Virus record (IMG/VR): IMGVR_UViG_3300045988_125155
Direction: 5' to 3' (one strand)
Length of the DNA stretch: 43,744 nt
Source of the DNA: a virus
The notes under the pieces are model-generated. The model searched no databases. It was not told the DNA's origin and saw nothing but the letters and a program-made list of their open reading frames with translations. This document shows, in pieces, positions 14,068 through 23,763 of this stretch; position 1 is the first letter of the stretch; each line of letters opens with the position of its first letter. The translations under genes and the position numbers were made by a program.

Positions 14068-15951
14068 ATGAAGAAAGACGATAAGCAGACAAAAGACCTT
14101 GAAAAATGGCAGGGCAAGCTATCCAGCGCGAAATCCGCATACAGTGACACCCTGGAAAAGATGCGCAAGCGCGAGGCCATGTACTACGGCAGCCACGAAA
14201 TACAGGGCGCCAAAAAGAACGCCACGAATGTGCGCAATATCATCTATGAATTGATTGAAAGTCAGGTGGATTCCAGCTACCCGATGCCGAAGGTCACAGC
14301 CATCCATGCGGAAGACCGGGACTTGGCGCGAAAGGCAGAAAACATGCTGCGCAATCAGGCACGGCGGATGCGGTTTATTGAACTGAACGACAGAAGCGAA
14401 CGCACAGTGCCGGTGCAGGGCGCGGACTTTTTCCATGTGGAGTGGAACCCGGTTGCAGGGTATCACTGCACACTGGGCGATGTTGAAGTAGAGATGCGCC
14501 ACCCACGGCAAGTTATCCCGCAGCCGGGCGTGTACCGCATTGAGGACATGGATTATATCTTTGTGCAGGTCTCAAAGAGCAAGGAATCGCTGGAAGCGCG
14601 GTACGGCATTACCATTGAGACCGACACAGAGGACGCGCCGGACGCGCGCGGGGGCGATGACAGCACCCACACAGGCGTTGTGACGCAGAACATTGTCTAT
14701 TACAAGCACGACAAGGGCACAGTAGGCATGTTTAGCTGGGTAGGGTGCCAGGTGCTTGAAGATTTCCCCGATTATTATGCGCGCACGGCAGAGGTCTGCA
14801 CGAAATGCGGACGGCGGCGCGTGGGGGATGTCTGTGTTTGCGGGAACAAGAAGTTTAAAGAACAGCCGGTTCAAACCCTTACGCTGACACAGGATGTACT
14901 TCTTAGCAGCGGCGAGATGCTGCCTGCACAGGTGCCGGGCGAGGATGTGCCCATTGTGAACCCAGACGGCAGTGTGCAGCGTGACAACGAGAGCGGCGAG
15001 GTCATTATGATGCCGGGCGAGATGCAGGCCAACGAGATACCGGCCTACAAACCGCACGGGTTCCCGATTGTGGAGCGAATAAACATTGCGGCATCGGACA
15101 AGTTTTTGGGTGTGTCGGATGTAGATATCATCGCTGACCAGCAGCAGGCTATCAACAAATACGGCACGAAGATTCAGGAAAAGCTGCTGAAAGGCGGCAG
15201 TTGGGTAGTGCTGCCGGAGGGCGTAAATGCGGAGCTGAACGATAACGAGCTGAAAATTTTGCGCGTTGACAACCCGAGCCAGAAAGCCATGATCGATGTT
15301 ATCAATGTGCAGCCCAATGTGCAGAACGACCAGAACATGCTGGAAATGAATTACACTTGGGCGAAATCCACTTTGGGCATTACGGACGCATTTCAGGGGA
15401 AGTACGATTCTTCCGCTACATCGGGCAGTGCGAAGCAGTTCAGTGCGAACCAGAGCGCAGGCCGTTTGCAGAGCAAGCGAGAGATGAAGAACAACGCCTA
15501 TGCGAAGCTGTACCGTATGATGTTTGAGTTTTTGCTGGCGTATGCCGATGAGCCGTACCCGATGACCGAGACCGACACGGACGGCGAACAGCAGTTCGGG
15601 CATTTTGACAGGATGGAGTTTTTGAAGCGGGACGCAGCCGGGGAATTGTACTGGAACGATGAATTTATCATTGAGGTAGACCCGGCAAGTAACCTTGCAA
15701 GCAACCGCGAACGGCTGTGGGATATGGTCGATGTGAAGTATCAGGCGGGCGGTTTTGGCAACATTACCGAGCCTGCAAGCCAGTACCGGCTGTGGACTTT
15801 CCTGAAAGAGACCGGATTCCCGTATGCAGCCACAATGCAGAAATCCATCAAAGAAGAGATGGACAAACAGGAAGCTATGCAGCAGGGGGTGATTGCAAAT
15901 GACATGGGAACAAATCAAGCTGGCATCCTTGCAGAAGATGTTCGCCAGTGA
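14068..15951 (+). CDS. portal protein
   Basis: 627 aa in the head module. The assignment rests on size, position and composition, not on a search. Confidence 0.75.
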   Translation: MKKDDKQTKDLEKWQGKLSSAKSAYSDTLEKMRKREAMYYGSHEIQGAKKNATNVRNIIYELIESQVDSSYPMPKVTAIHAEDRDLARKAENMLRNQARRMRFIELNDRSERTVPVQGADFFHVEWNPVAGYHCTLGDVEVEMRHPRQVIPQPGVYRIEDMDYIFVQVSKSKESLEARYGITIETDTEDAPDARGGDDSTHTGVVTQNIVYYKHDKGTVGMFSWVGCQVLEDFPDYYARTAEVCTKCGRRRVGDVCVCGNKKFKEQPVQTLTLTQDVLLSSGEMLPAQVPGEDVPIVNPDGSVQRDNESGEVIMMPGEMQANEIPAYKPHGFPIVERINIAASDKFLGVSDVDIIADQQQAINKYGTKIQEKLLKGGSWVVLPEGVNAELNDNELKILRVDNPSQKAMIDVINVQPNVQNDQNMLEMNYTWAKSTLGITDAFQGKYDSSATSGSAKQFSANQSAGRLQSKREMKNNAYAKLYRMMFEFLLAYADEPYPMTETDTDGEQQFGHFDRMEFLKRDAAGELYWNDEFIIEVDPASNLASNRERLWDMVDVKYQAGGFGNITEPASQYRLWTFLKETGFPYAATMQKSIKEEMDKQEAMQQGVIANDMGTNQAGILAEDVRQ

Positions 15952-16498
15952 CGGCACAGACCTCTCGAATCCAGACGAAGCGACAAAAGAATATTTAAAC
16001 GCGATGCCGCAGGCAGCCAACGAAGCCATTGAAATGATTTGCACTGCCGGGCGGTATTTACGCAAAAGCTACATGGTAGACAAAGACAAGGGCGAAAAGC
16101 TGACTGTAAATCTGGTTTATGAGGTGCCGGATTACTGGCGGATGGGTGCTACTGAGGTGTACAAGCTGGTGGACGATACCCCTGAACCTGTAGACGGGGT
16201 GGAGTTGTACGGCGGCAAGTACCTGGTTTTTCCGGCTGATTTTGAGGGCGAGTTTGAGTTTTTCTACGATGCTAAGCCCGCAACGCTGACGCTGGAAACG
16301 CCGGACACAAAAGAAATCGACCTGCCGGATGATGCCGTTGTACTGCTGCCGCTGTACATTGCCAGCCAGTTATACAAGGATGATGACATTGCCATTGCCA
16401 CTTACTACCGCAACGAGTTTGAGACCGCCTTTGAACGACTGAAGAACCCGAGAACCGTAAGTAAGGAAAGCTTTACAAGCAATACAGGGTGGTGGTAA
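15899..16498 (+). CDS. head-tail adaptor/connector candidate
   Basis: ATG 15899 overlaps the portal 3' end. About 200 aa, directly after the portal gene. Confidence 0.5.
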   Translation: MTWEQIKLASLQKMFASDGTDLSNPDEATKEYLNAMPQAANEAIEMICTAGRYLRKSYMVDKDKGEKLTVNLVYEVPDYWRMGATEVYKLVDDTPEPVDGVELYGGKYLVFPADFEGEFEFFYDAKPATLTLETPDTKEIDLPDDAVVLLPLYIASQLYKDDDIAIATYYRNEFETAFERLKNPRTVSKESFTSNTGWW

Positions 16499-16500
16499 GC

Positions 16501-18363
16501 ATGGCAACTTTTACGATACCCAGCCAGGTCGCCCGCAGCAAACTTGCGATTGATAAACTGCTTGGCATTGATTATACCAGCAACACCGCCAATGTAAGCG
16601 TGAGCCAAAGCCCCAACGCGCAGAACATGATACGGTCAGAACCCGGCAAGGTGCGCAAGCGGATGGGATATAAGCTGCGAGCGGCGTTTCCGGCCCGTGT
16701 GAACGGCTTCCACGAGCTAAAGGGTAAGAGCCTTATCCATGCGGGAACGGCACTATACGAGCTGCCAGAGGGCGGCAAGGAAGTAGGCAAGGCACTGTAC
16801 AGCGACATGGCAGATGCCCGCAGCAAAAGCTGGCAGATGGACGATAAGCTGTTTATTGCCGATGGAAAGTGCCTGCTGGTATATGACGGCGAAACTGTAA
16901 AAAAAGCCAGTGACGATGCAAAAATCCCGACGCTGACGATTGCCAAACCACCGTCCGGCGGCGGCAAGCAGTATGACGCGTTGAACCTGCTGCAACCGAA
17001 GTTCAAGGAACTCTTTTTAGCAGATGGGACCAGCACCCAGTACCATTTGAGTTTTTCCGGGCTGGACAGTGCAAATGTGACGGTGCGCAAGTTGACGAGC
17101 AGCGGCAGTTGGAAGACGATGACCGGCGGATACAGCTGCAATGCGTCAACGGGGGTGGTAACGTTCAACACTGCGCCGGAGAAAAGCCCTGTTACCGGCG
17201 AGGATAACATTGAGATCACCGCAAGCCGTACCGTGAAAGGCTATGCGGACAGAATCAACAAATGTAATATCGGCATTTTGTTCGGCGTGAACGGCGCGAC
17301 TGACCGCCTGTTTTTAAGCGGGAATCCGGACTATCCAAACCAGGACTGGTACAGCGGGCAGTATGACTTGACATACTGGCCCGACACCGGGTACAGCAAG
17401 GTAGGCACAGAGAAAAGCGCCATCATGGGATATTCCATCATTGAGAACCACATTGCGGCGCACAAGGACGAGAACGAGACAGACCGAAACGTAATTATCC
17501 GGCAGGGCAATTTGGTGGACAATGAACCGGCGTTTCCTGTTACAAACACGATCCAGGGGCCGGGCGCAATCGCCAAATACAGTTTTGCCTACTGCGCAAA
17601 CGAGCCAATGTTTTTAACGAACTTAGGCATCTATGCAATCACGCCCAGTGACATTGTTGGCGAGAGATTCAGCCAGAACCGCAGTTACTACATGAACGGC
17701 AAGCTACTGGCCGAAGCAGGAAAGGGCGACGCCTACGCCTGTGTATACAAGGATATGTACTGGCTGTGCCTGAACGGCGTTGCCTACGTGCTGGACGGAC
17801 AGCAGAATTTAGGCGCGAACAAAAACGAGCCGTACTCGACCCGGCAATATGCCTGCTTTTATGAGACGAATATCCCGGCGCGTGTAATGTGGGTGGATGA
17901 GACCGACCTATATTTTGGCGCTGACAACGGGAATGTATACCAGTTTTACAATGACCCAGATGATATTGCCAGTTACAACGATAACGGCGCTGTGATTTAT
18001 GCCGAATGGGAAACACCGGACTTAGCTGGTACGCTTTTTTATAAAAACAAGAGTTTCCGCTATCTGGCGCTGCAAATGGCCCCCAGTGTTGTAACGAGCG
18101 TTGCAGTTTATGCCATGAAGCGCGGCATTTGGTCTAATATCTGGAACGACAGCGTGCACGCACGATTTTTTAGCTATCACCAGCTGCGCTATTCGCGCCT
18201 TACTTATTCTAACGACAAGACTTCGCGGACATTGCACAACAAAATCCGAATCAAACGAGTGGACAAGGCGCGGTTTCGTTTTGCAAACAATGCCTTAAAT
18301 GAGCCGTTTGGATTGATGCAGATTGCCGTTGAGTTTGTGGAAAACGGAAACTTTAAGGGGTGA
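16501..18363 (+). CDS. large tail (tubular/nozzle-type) structural protein
   Basis: 620 aa and beta-rich. It sits between the adaptor and fibre genes. No tube, sheath or tape-measure gene is present in the genome. Confidence 0.55.
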   Translation: MATFTIPSQVARSKLAIDKLLGIDYTSNTANVSVSQSPNAQNMIRSEPGKVRKRMGYKLRAAFPARVNGFHELKGKSLIHAGTALYELPEGGKEVGKALYSDMADARSKSWQMDDKLFIADGKCLLVYDGETVKKASDDAKIPTLTIAKPPSGGGKQYDALNLLQPKFKELFLADGTSTQYHLSFSGLDSANVTVRKLTSSGSWKTMTGGYSCNASTGVVTFNTAPEKSPVTGEDNIEITASRTVKGYADRINKCNIGILFGVNGATDRLFLSGNPDYPNQDWYSGQYDLTYWPDTGYSKVGTEKSAIMGYSIIENHIAAHKDENETDRNVIIRQGNLVDNEPAFPVTNTIQGPGAIAKYSFAYCANEPMFLTNLGIYAITPSDIVGERFSQNRSYYMNGKLLAEAGKGDAYACVYKDMYWLCLNGVAYVLDGQQNLGANKNEPYSTRQYACFYETNIPARVMWVDETDLYFGADNGNVYQFYNDPDDIASYNDNGAVIYAEWETPDLAGTLFYKNKSFRYLALQMAPSVVTSVAVYAMKRGIWSNIWNDSVHARFFSYHQLRYSRLTYSNDKTSRTLHNKIRIKRVDKARFRFANNALNEPFGLMQIAVEFVENGNFKG

Positions 18364-18367
18364 GAAA

Positions 18368-19702
18368 ATGACATTTAGAGAAATATTACCAGCCGATTTG
18401 AGCGGCAAAGGCAACGTTGGCAAACCGGACACCCCGGGATACAGCACGGCAGAGATGCAGCGAGTCATGGATGAAATACCGCGAGAAGTCATTGTGCCGA
18501 TTTTCAACCAGCTTGTGACGGCCCTGAACGAAATGGAGCTGGAAAACCGCACCCACAATGAGGGCGGCTGCCTGTATATCCGGCTAAACAGCGATAAAGT
18601 CATTGAGACGAGCAGCGACGGCAAGACATGGCAGGCAACCGGCAGCAGCGGCCACTTGATACTGGACGATGGCGGCGAGGAAATGCCGCAGCGAAGCCGG
18701 ATGCAGTTTATTGGCGCAACCGTTACAGACAATAGCGGTGTGACACAGATAACGCTGCGCAAAGGTGATACTGGCGCACAAGGCCCGCAAGGTCCGGTAG
18801 GCCCGCAGGGGCCAGCAGGGGCACAGGGCAATATTGGCCCGCAGGGACCGCAGGGGATTCAAGGCCCGCGCGGCGTGCAGGGTTTGAACGGCGCGCAAGG
18901 GCCTACCGGTGCAACAGGTCCGACAGGCCCGCAGGGGCCGCAGGGTGAGAAGGGCGCAGACGGCACGAGCTTTGTTGTGCTGGGGCGCTACAACAGCCTA
19001 ACGATGCTGGAAGGAGCACACCCCACCGGCAACAAGGGCGACGCTTACGCGGTGGGCAGCGAGACCAACAACGTTGTGTACCTTTGGGATGTAGACGCCA
19101 AGAAATGGAACCCCATCGGCAGTTTGCAAGGCCCGCAGGGGCCGAAGGGCGCACAGGGACCGCAAGGCGCTACCGGTGAGACAGGCCCGCAGGGGCCGAA
19201 GGGTGAAGTTGGCGCGGAAGGGCCGCAGGGCATCCGGGGGGAAAAGGGTGAAACCGGCGAGCGAGGGCCGCAGGGCATCCAGGGCTTGACAGGCGAACAA
19301 GGACCAATCGGTGCGACGGGCCCGCAGGGTGAGAAAGGCGACCCGGGTGTTATCCAGAACGTGAACGGCAAGACCGGGGAATCGGTATGGCTGAATGCGG
19401 AGGATGTGGGCGCAGAAAACAAGCATATCTACAAAACCGTTACGGTGCCTGCGTCAGCCTGGACTTCCGGCGAATGCACGGTGACGTGGGACGACGGCGG
19501 CACGAGCAGCTACACCACCTGCGCCACTGTCACGGTAGCCGGGGTGACGGCAGACAGCCGGGTTATCGTATCCGACCTCACGAGGGTGACGGATGCGGTG
19601 CGGATGGTAGCCGCGCTGGAACCCGGAGCCGGGGTGGTTAAGTTTTATGCGAACAGCGCGCCGACGAGCGCGGCGGTGTTTGTTTTGGAGGTGAGCCAAT
19701 GA
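18368..19702 (+). CDS. collagen-like tail fibre protein
   Basis: Two G-X-Y blocks: 18764-18964 and 19130-19348. Confidence 0.85.
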   Translation: MTFREILPADLSGKGNVGKPDTPGYSTAEMQRVMDEIPREVIVPIFNQLVTALNEMELENRTHNEGGCLYIRLNSDKVIETSSDGKTWQATGSSGHLILDDGGEEMPQRSRMQFIGATVTDNSGVTQITLRKGDTGAQGPQGPVGPQGPAGAQGNIGPQGPQGIQGPRGVQGLNGAQGPTGATGPTGPQGPQGEKGADGTSFVVLGRYNSLTMLEGAHPTGNKGDAYAVGSETNNVVYLWDVDAKKWNPIGSLQGPQGPKGAQGPQGATGETGPQGPKGEVGAEGPQGIRGEKGETGERGPQGIQGLTGEQGPIGATGPQGEKGDPGVIQNVNGKTGESVWLNAEDVGAENKHIYKTVTVPASAWTSGECTVTWDDGGTSSYTTCATVTVAGVTADSRVIVSDLTRVTDAVRMVAALEPGAGVVKFYANSAPTSAAVFVLEVSQ

Positions 19703-20112
19703 GTGGAGCACAGAACCCCTTGAACGTCTGCCCGTACTGGGTGGGCGACATACTCACAACGATGAGCGAAATCCAACCGGCACAGCGCTGGCCTGGGACA
19801 AGCTGGGAACGGATCACGGACTGCTTTTTGCGGGCGGCAGACAGCACGCACCCGGCGGGCAGTACTGGCGGTGCGTGGGAAGTGACGCAAACGGTGGAAC
19901 AGTTGCCAAGTCACACTCACGCTTATGCCTCATACCAGCAGGGTTACCCGTCAAGTTACAGTGAAGCGGGTGCATATATAACCCCGATTGGACGAGTCCC
20001 ATACAACCCAAGAGTACAGGGGGGAACAGAAAGTTCACCAACTGGCGGCAACAAGCCTATGCCCATCGTGAACAAGTACACGGCCTGTTATATGTGGAAG
20101 CGCACCGGCTGA
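19699..20112 (+). CDS. phage tail-collar-domain fibre protein
   Basis: LPSHTHAY...GGNKPMPIVNKYTACYMWKRT matches the tail-collar motif as I recall it. Confidence 0.7.
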   Translation: MSGAQNPLNVCPYWVGDILTTMSEIQPAQRWPGTSWERITDCFLRAADSTHPAGSTGGAWEVTQTVEQLPSHTHAYASYQQGYPSSYSEAGAYITPIGRVPYNPRVQGGTESSPTGGNKPMPIVNKYTACYMWKRTG

Positions 20113-20149
20113 CCCCGAAGGGGGAGGCGGTAGCGGGAGGTGTTACCTG

Positions 20150-20239
20150 ATGATGCAATTTTATGTGTGCCGCATGACACTTGAAGATGTGCCGGAAAAG
20201 TGGATGGATGCGGTGAAAGCCAGATTGGAGGGCGTGTAA
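20150..20239 (+). CDS. tiny 29-aa fibre-module protein
   Basis: RBS GGGAGGTG. Sequence: MMQFYVCRMTLEDVPEKWMDAVKARLEGV. TAATG overlap with the next gene. Confidence 0.4.
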   Translation: MMQFYVCRMTLEDVPEKWMDAVKARLEGV

Positions 20240-21273
20240 TGGCATTGCATGAAGTACAGCTGAAAGGGTACAGTGTTCGACCCGGCAGCTTATCGCTTGG
20301 CACTTTTGACAGTTACGGTATCGAGCAGCTGCATGTGACCCTTGACGATACTTGGAGCGGGCTTGCTGTAACGGCAACGTTTAACCCGCCGGAGGGCGAA
20401 CCCGTTGAAATCCGTGTGCCAGAAAACGGCCTGATTGATGTGCCTGCCGAAGCAACCGCCAATGCGGGTACGGGCACTGTCGTGTATTGCGGCGTTGCCA
20501 ATGGTGTGCAGCGCATCACAAAAACGCAGGGATACAACGTGTTTACGCACGGAAACGTTGGTACAACTGTGCCGTTTAATCCCAGCGAATCGCTTGCCAC
20601 GCAGGTTTTGCAGGCTGCACTTAACGCAGAAAAGAACAGCGCGGAAGCAAAGATTGCGGCGGCAAACGCTGTAATCGCTGCCGCAAACAGTGCCGCCGCT
20701 GCCAAGAGCAGCGAAAATGCTGCTGCAAACAGTGCTACCGCCGCAAAGCTCAGTGAGAATGCAGCTGCGACCAGTGAAGACAATGCAAGAATCAGTGCGG
20801 GCGCGGCAGCGGTAAGCGAGGGCAAAGCGGCGGCAAGTGCAGACAAGGCAAAGGCCAACAAGACCGCGGCTGCAGAGAGTGAAAAGGCCGCTGCAGCGAG
20901 TGCTGTTGCCGCTGCAGGCAGTGCCGCGCAGGCGGAAACGCAGAAAACGGCGGCGGAAAAGTCTGCCAGTGATGCACAGGGTTACATGCAGACAGCAAGC
21001 GGCGCGGCAACCGCTGCCAATGCAAGCGCGGAAAACGCGGCGAGGTCAAAAGCTGCTGCAAAGGCCAGCGAAACCGCGGCTGCGGCGAGTGCTGTTGCCG
21101 CTGCAGGCAGCGCCGCTTATGCGGAACAGTGCGCCGCAAACAACGGCTACATGCAGATGGGCGTTGACCCCGACACGGGACACCTGATGTATACGCGCAC
21201 GACCAATCTGAAAGATAAGATTGATTTTGCCATTGTCAATGGCACGAATTTGGAGGTACAGATTCATGGCTGA
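20239..21273 (+). CDS. tail fibre protein with an Ala-rich coiled coil
   Basis: ATG 20239. The internal duplicated segment AAASAVAAAGSAA occurs twice. Confidence 0.65.
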   Translation: MALHEVQLKGYSVRPGSLSLGTFDSYGIEQLHVTLDDTWSGLAVTATFNPPEGEPVEIRVPENGLIDVPAEATANAGTGTVVYCGVANGVQRITKTQGYNVFTHGNVGTTVPFNPSESLATQVLQAALNAEKNSAEAKIAAANAVIAAANSAAAAKSSENAAANSATAAKLSENAAATSEDNARISAGAAAVSEGKAAASADKAKANKTAAAESEKAAAASAVAAAGSAAQAETQKTAAEKSASDAQGYMQTASGAATAANASAENAARSKAAAKASETAAAASAVAAAGSAAYAEQCAANNGYMQMGVDPDTGHLMYTRTTNLKDKIDFAIVNGTNLEVQIHG

Positions 21274-22837
21274 TAGTTCTGTTTTTACCACCGATCTGGG
21301 CGCTGTGACCGCCTACTCCGATGCCAAGGCGCACGGCTACACCGGCACCCGTGAGGAGTTCGGCACGCTGCTGGCGAACGCGGGCAACAACCTGGCCGAG
21401 GCGAACGCGGCCAAGGCTGCCGCCCAGGCCAGTGCTACGCAGGCGGGCCAGAGCGCTACTGCTGCCGCCGCATCTGCCAAGGCCGCCGCGTCTGCCGTGG
21501 GCGCTACGTTCTACGGCGTGGAGTTCACCGGCAGCCCCTCGGCAGGTACGCGCACCGGCGCTGCCGCTGATTTTGTGTTTACCCCCGGCACCGATACCAG
21601 CGCCGGGCAGAACGACTTTGACGGCGTGTATCCGTGGGCGGGCATGCGGCGCTGCTGCTGCACGCTGAACGCGGACGGCACCGTGACGGTCAACGCCTAC
21701 AAGGGCCAGCCCGGCTACATTGAGGACGGCACGAACGGTGAGGTGCTGGTTGAGGTGCCGCTCTTCTATGTCTCCGGCATGCTGGATGTCAATCCGCGCG
21801 TGTCGGCTGTGCCGATGCCGGGATTCCGCGCACCGCGGAAGTTCCAGAACGCGGACGGCTCCCTCAAGCAAAAGTGCTACCTGCCCGCCTTTCCGGGCAG
21901 CATCGGTGCGGACGGCAAGCTGCACAGCATTGCGGGCGTTGTCAGCACCGGCAACAAGACAATCTCGCAGTTCTTGGCTGCGGCGCGGCTTTGGGGTGAG
22001 ACCTACTGCATCAATACCAGCGCCGACTTTGAGGTGCTGGCCTACTTGATGATCGTTGTGTATGGTACGCGGCATGTGCAGAGCAAAATCAACGGCTGCG
22101 TGAGCCTGTATGCGACCAACATTGCTGTTGCTGGTGCCCGCGCAAACGAGAGCGCTGTCACAGTTGCGAAAAACACGCTGGAGCCCGGCATGGTCATCTC
22201 GATCGGCACCGGCGCCGAGAACGAGAGCGTGGCAAATCGGCGCATCGTGACGGCCATCGAGGCCATTGAGGGCGACACTGCCAATGTGAAGGCCAGCTTC
22301 ACCGGCGAGGCTGTAACCACGACCACCGATCACAAAATCTGGCGCATCATGCAGTCCACCGGCACGGCTAACAGTGTACTCTCCACCTGCGGCAGCCCTG
22401 TGAGCAACAGCGACGGCAAACACAGCTTTGTGTTTTACGGCGTGGAAAATCCCCTATATGGTAATCAGTGGCGCTTTGAGTGCGACTGGAAAATCGTGGA
22501 CGGTGTTCCTTACATCTGTAACGACACCAACTACAACTGGTCGAGCGTTGAGAACTACACGAAGCTGGATTCCCTCACGCTGCCTAACGAGGGCTGGGCC
22601 AAGAACCTGCAGGCCGATGAGCGGTTCCCGTGGCTGCAGATCACAAAGGAAGTCGGCGGAAGCAGCGGAACCTATCTTGCAGACTATTTCTGGATCAGCA
22701 AGAGCGGCTCTCGCATCGTTTGGCGCGGCGCGTACTCCTACATCGGCGGCACCGCGGGCGCGTTCGCCGTCAACCTCAACCACGATGCGGGCGGGGCGTG
22801 GTGGAACGGCTCGGCTGACCTTTCTATCCCCGGTTAA
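21266..22837 (+). CDS. receptor-binding tail fibre; its C-terminus carries the DGR-type variable repeat
   Basis: ATG 21266 follows GGAGG. The C-terminus RGAYSYIGGTAGAFAVNLNHDAGGAWWNGSADLS resembles C-type-lectin-fold VR regions. Confidence 0.75.
   Translation: MADSSVFTTDLGAVTAYSDAKAHGYTGTREEFGTLLANAGNNLAEANAAKAAAQASATQAGQSATAAAASAKAAASAVGATFYGVEFTGSPSAGTRTGAAADFVFTPGTDTSAGQNDFDGVYPWAGMRRCCCTLNADGTVTVNAYKGQPGYIEDGTNGEVLVEVPLFYVSGMLDVNPRVSAVPMPGFRAPRKFQNADGSLKQKCYLPAFPGSIGADGKLHSIAGVVSTGNKTISQFLAAARLWGETYCINTSADFEVLAYLMIVVYGTRHVQSKINGCVSLYATNIAVAGARANESAVTVAKNTLEPGMVISIGTGAENESVANRRIVTAIEAIEGDTANVKASFTGEAVTTTTDHKIWRIMQSTGTANSVLSTCGSPVSNSDGKHSFVFYGVENPLYGNQWRFECDWKIVDGVPYICNDTNYNWSSVENYTKLDSLTLPNEGWAKNLQADERFPWLQITKEVGGSSGTYLADYFWISKSGSRIVWRGAYSYIGGTAGAFAVNLNHDAGGAWWNGSADLSIPG
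22707..22825 (+). repeat. VR: coding copy of the 119-bp repeat
   Basis: 107 of 119 positions are identical to 22931-23049. It ends 9 nt before the stop codon. Confidence 0.75.
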
Positions 22838-22845
22838 GCGGGGGC

Positions 22846-22867
22846 GCGGGGGCAGCAAGGCCCCCGC
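22846..22867 (+). other. GC hairpin 20 nt downstream of VR
   Basis: GCGGGGGC-AGCAAG-GCCCCCGC. An extra GCGGGGGC copy lies at 22838-22845. Confidence 0.6.
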
Positions 22868-22930
22868 AACTTTCGCCGATATGGCGGCAAACTGAATACG
22901 ACATTCTCTAGGACAGGCTAACGACCTCAT

Positions 22931-23049
22931 GCTCTCGCATCGTTCTGCGCGGCGCGAACTCCAACAACGGCGACAACGCGGGCGCGTTCTACGTCAACCT
23001 CAACAACGATGCGGGCTGGGCGTGGTGGAACAGCTCGGCTGACCTTTCT
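22931..23049 (+). repeat. TR-like non-coding copy of the 119-bp repeat
   Basis: AAC-rich when read in the VR frame (NSNNGDNAGAFYVNLNNDAGWAWWNS). Eight of the 12 mismatches to VR fall at A residues of this copy. Confidence 0.7.
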
Positions 23050-23206
23050 TTGGCTGTACTTGAATACAGGTGCAGGCTGACATTTATACGCGAGGTCGGG
23101 ATGCCTTAGCCCTAGCTAAAAATTGGCCCATCCGGCAGGCACCGTGGGCGTGCGCTGGACGGGCTGGGGTTTGTGAGCTACCGCAAAATCAGAAAGGTGG
23201 TACAAA

Positions 23207-23632
23207 ATGGTTAAATGTGAGTGCAACGAGCAGCACGCGCGTCTGGAGTGCGAGCCGCTGCCCAACGGCCTGACGCTGGTCCGGGTGTATGAGGACGAGC
23301 AGGAGGTCACCCGCGAGGGTGTGTCCAACATGGACACGCCCTGGCACGGGTACAGCTACACGACTTACGGGACGGTCACACAGGTGCCTCAGGCGGCGGT
23401 TGACGTTGATACCTGGGCCGCCCTGGTTAAACAGGCAGACTATGACACGGCTGCGGCTGCCGTGCGCGCTGAGCGGGACAAGCTGATCGCCGCCACGGAC
23501 TGGACGGTGCTGGGCGACGCAAAGACGGTCAAAGCGGACTGGAAAACTTACCGGCAGGCGCTGCGGGATGTGCCCGAGCAGGCTGGCTTCCCCTACGCGG
23601 TGCAGTGGCCCACGCCGCCGGTGGAAGAATGA
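23207..23632 (+). CDS. tail fibre assembly chaperone-like protein
   Basis: RAERDKLIAATDWTVLGD...WKTYRQALRDVPEQAGFPYAVQWP matches the chaperone C-terminal motif as I recall it. Confidence 0.65.
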   Translation: MVKCECNEQHARLECEPLPNGLTLVRVYEDEQEVTREGVSNMDTPWHGYSYTTYGTVTQVPQAAVDVDTWAALVKQADYDTAAAAVRAERDKLIAATDWTVLGDAKTVKADWKTYRQALRDVPEQAGFPYAVQWPTPPVEE

Positions 23633-23763
23633 GCGAGGAAGCAGATCTGCTGGCGCGGGTGATGCTTGTGCTGTGGGACTACCGCGAGGCCATACCGGCC
23701 GCGCGGGATCTGCTGGATGAGTATGAAGCGCTTGTGATGGATACAGATGAGGTAATACAATGA
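23629..23763 (+). CDS. hypothetical 44-aa protein
   Basis: ATGA overlaps at both ends. Sequence begins MSEEADLLARVMLVLWDYREAIPAARDLL... Confidence 0.35.
   Translation: MSEEADLLARVMLVLWDYREAIPAARDLLDEYEALVMDTDEVIQ

Noticed and set aside
11886-16065. Very long antisense ORFs (623 aa and 497 aa) opposite the capsid and portal genes. Similar ones lie at 25898..28114(-), 7029..7937(+), 36022..36852(+) and 41654..42349(+).
   Set aside because: These are typical stop-poor antisense frames of GC-rich coding DNA. They have junk composition and no RBSs, and the sense-strand genes have clear identities.
20640-21130. Ala-rich internal duplication in the 20239 fibre gene as a second variable repeat or phase-variation site.
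   Set aside because: The two copies are both coding and in frame, and they differ without adenine bias. They look like ordinary coiled-coil repeat expansion.
23070-23273. 67-aa plus-strand ORF downstream of TR.
   Set aside because: It has a GTG start without an RBS, and it runs across the RBS and start of the chaperone gene. The region is more plausibly untranslated.
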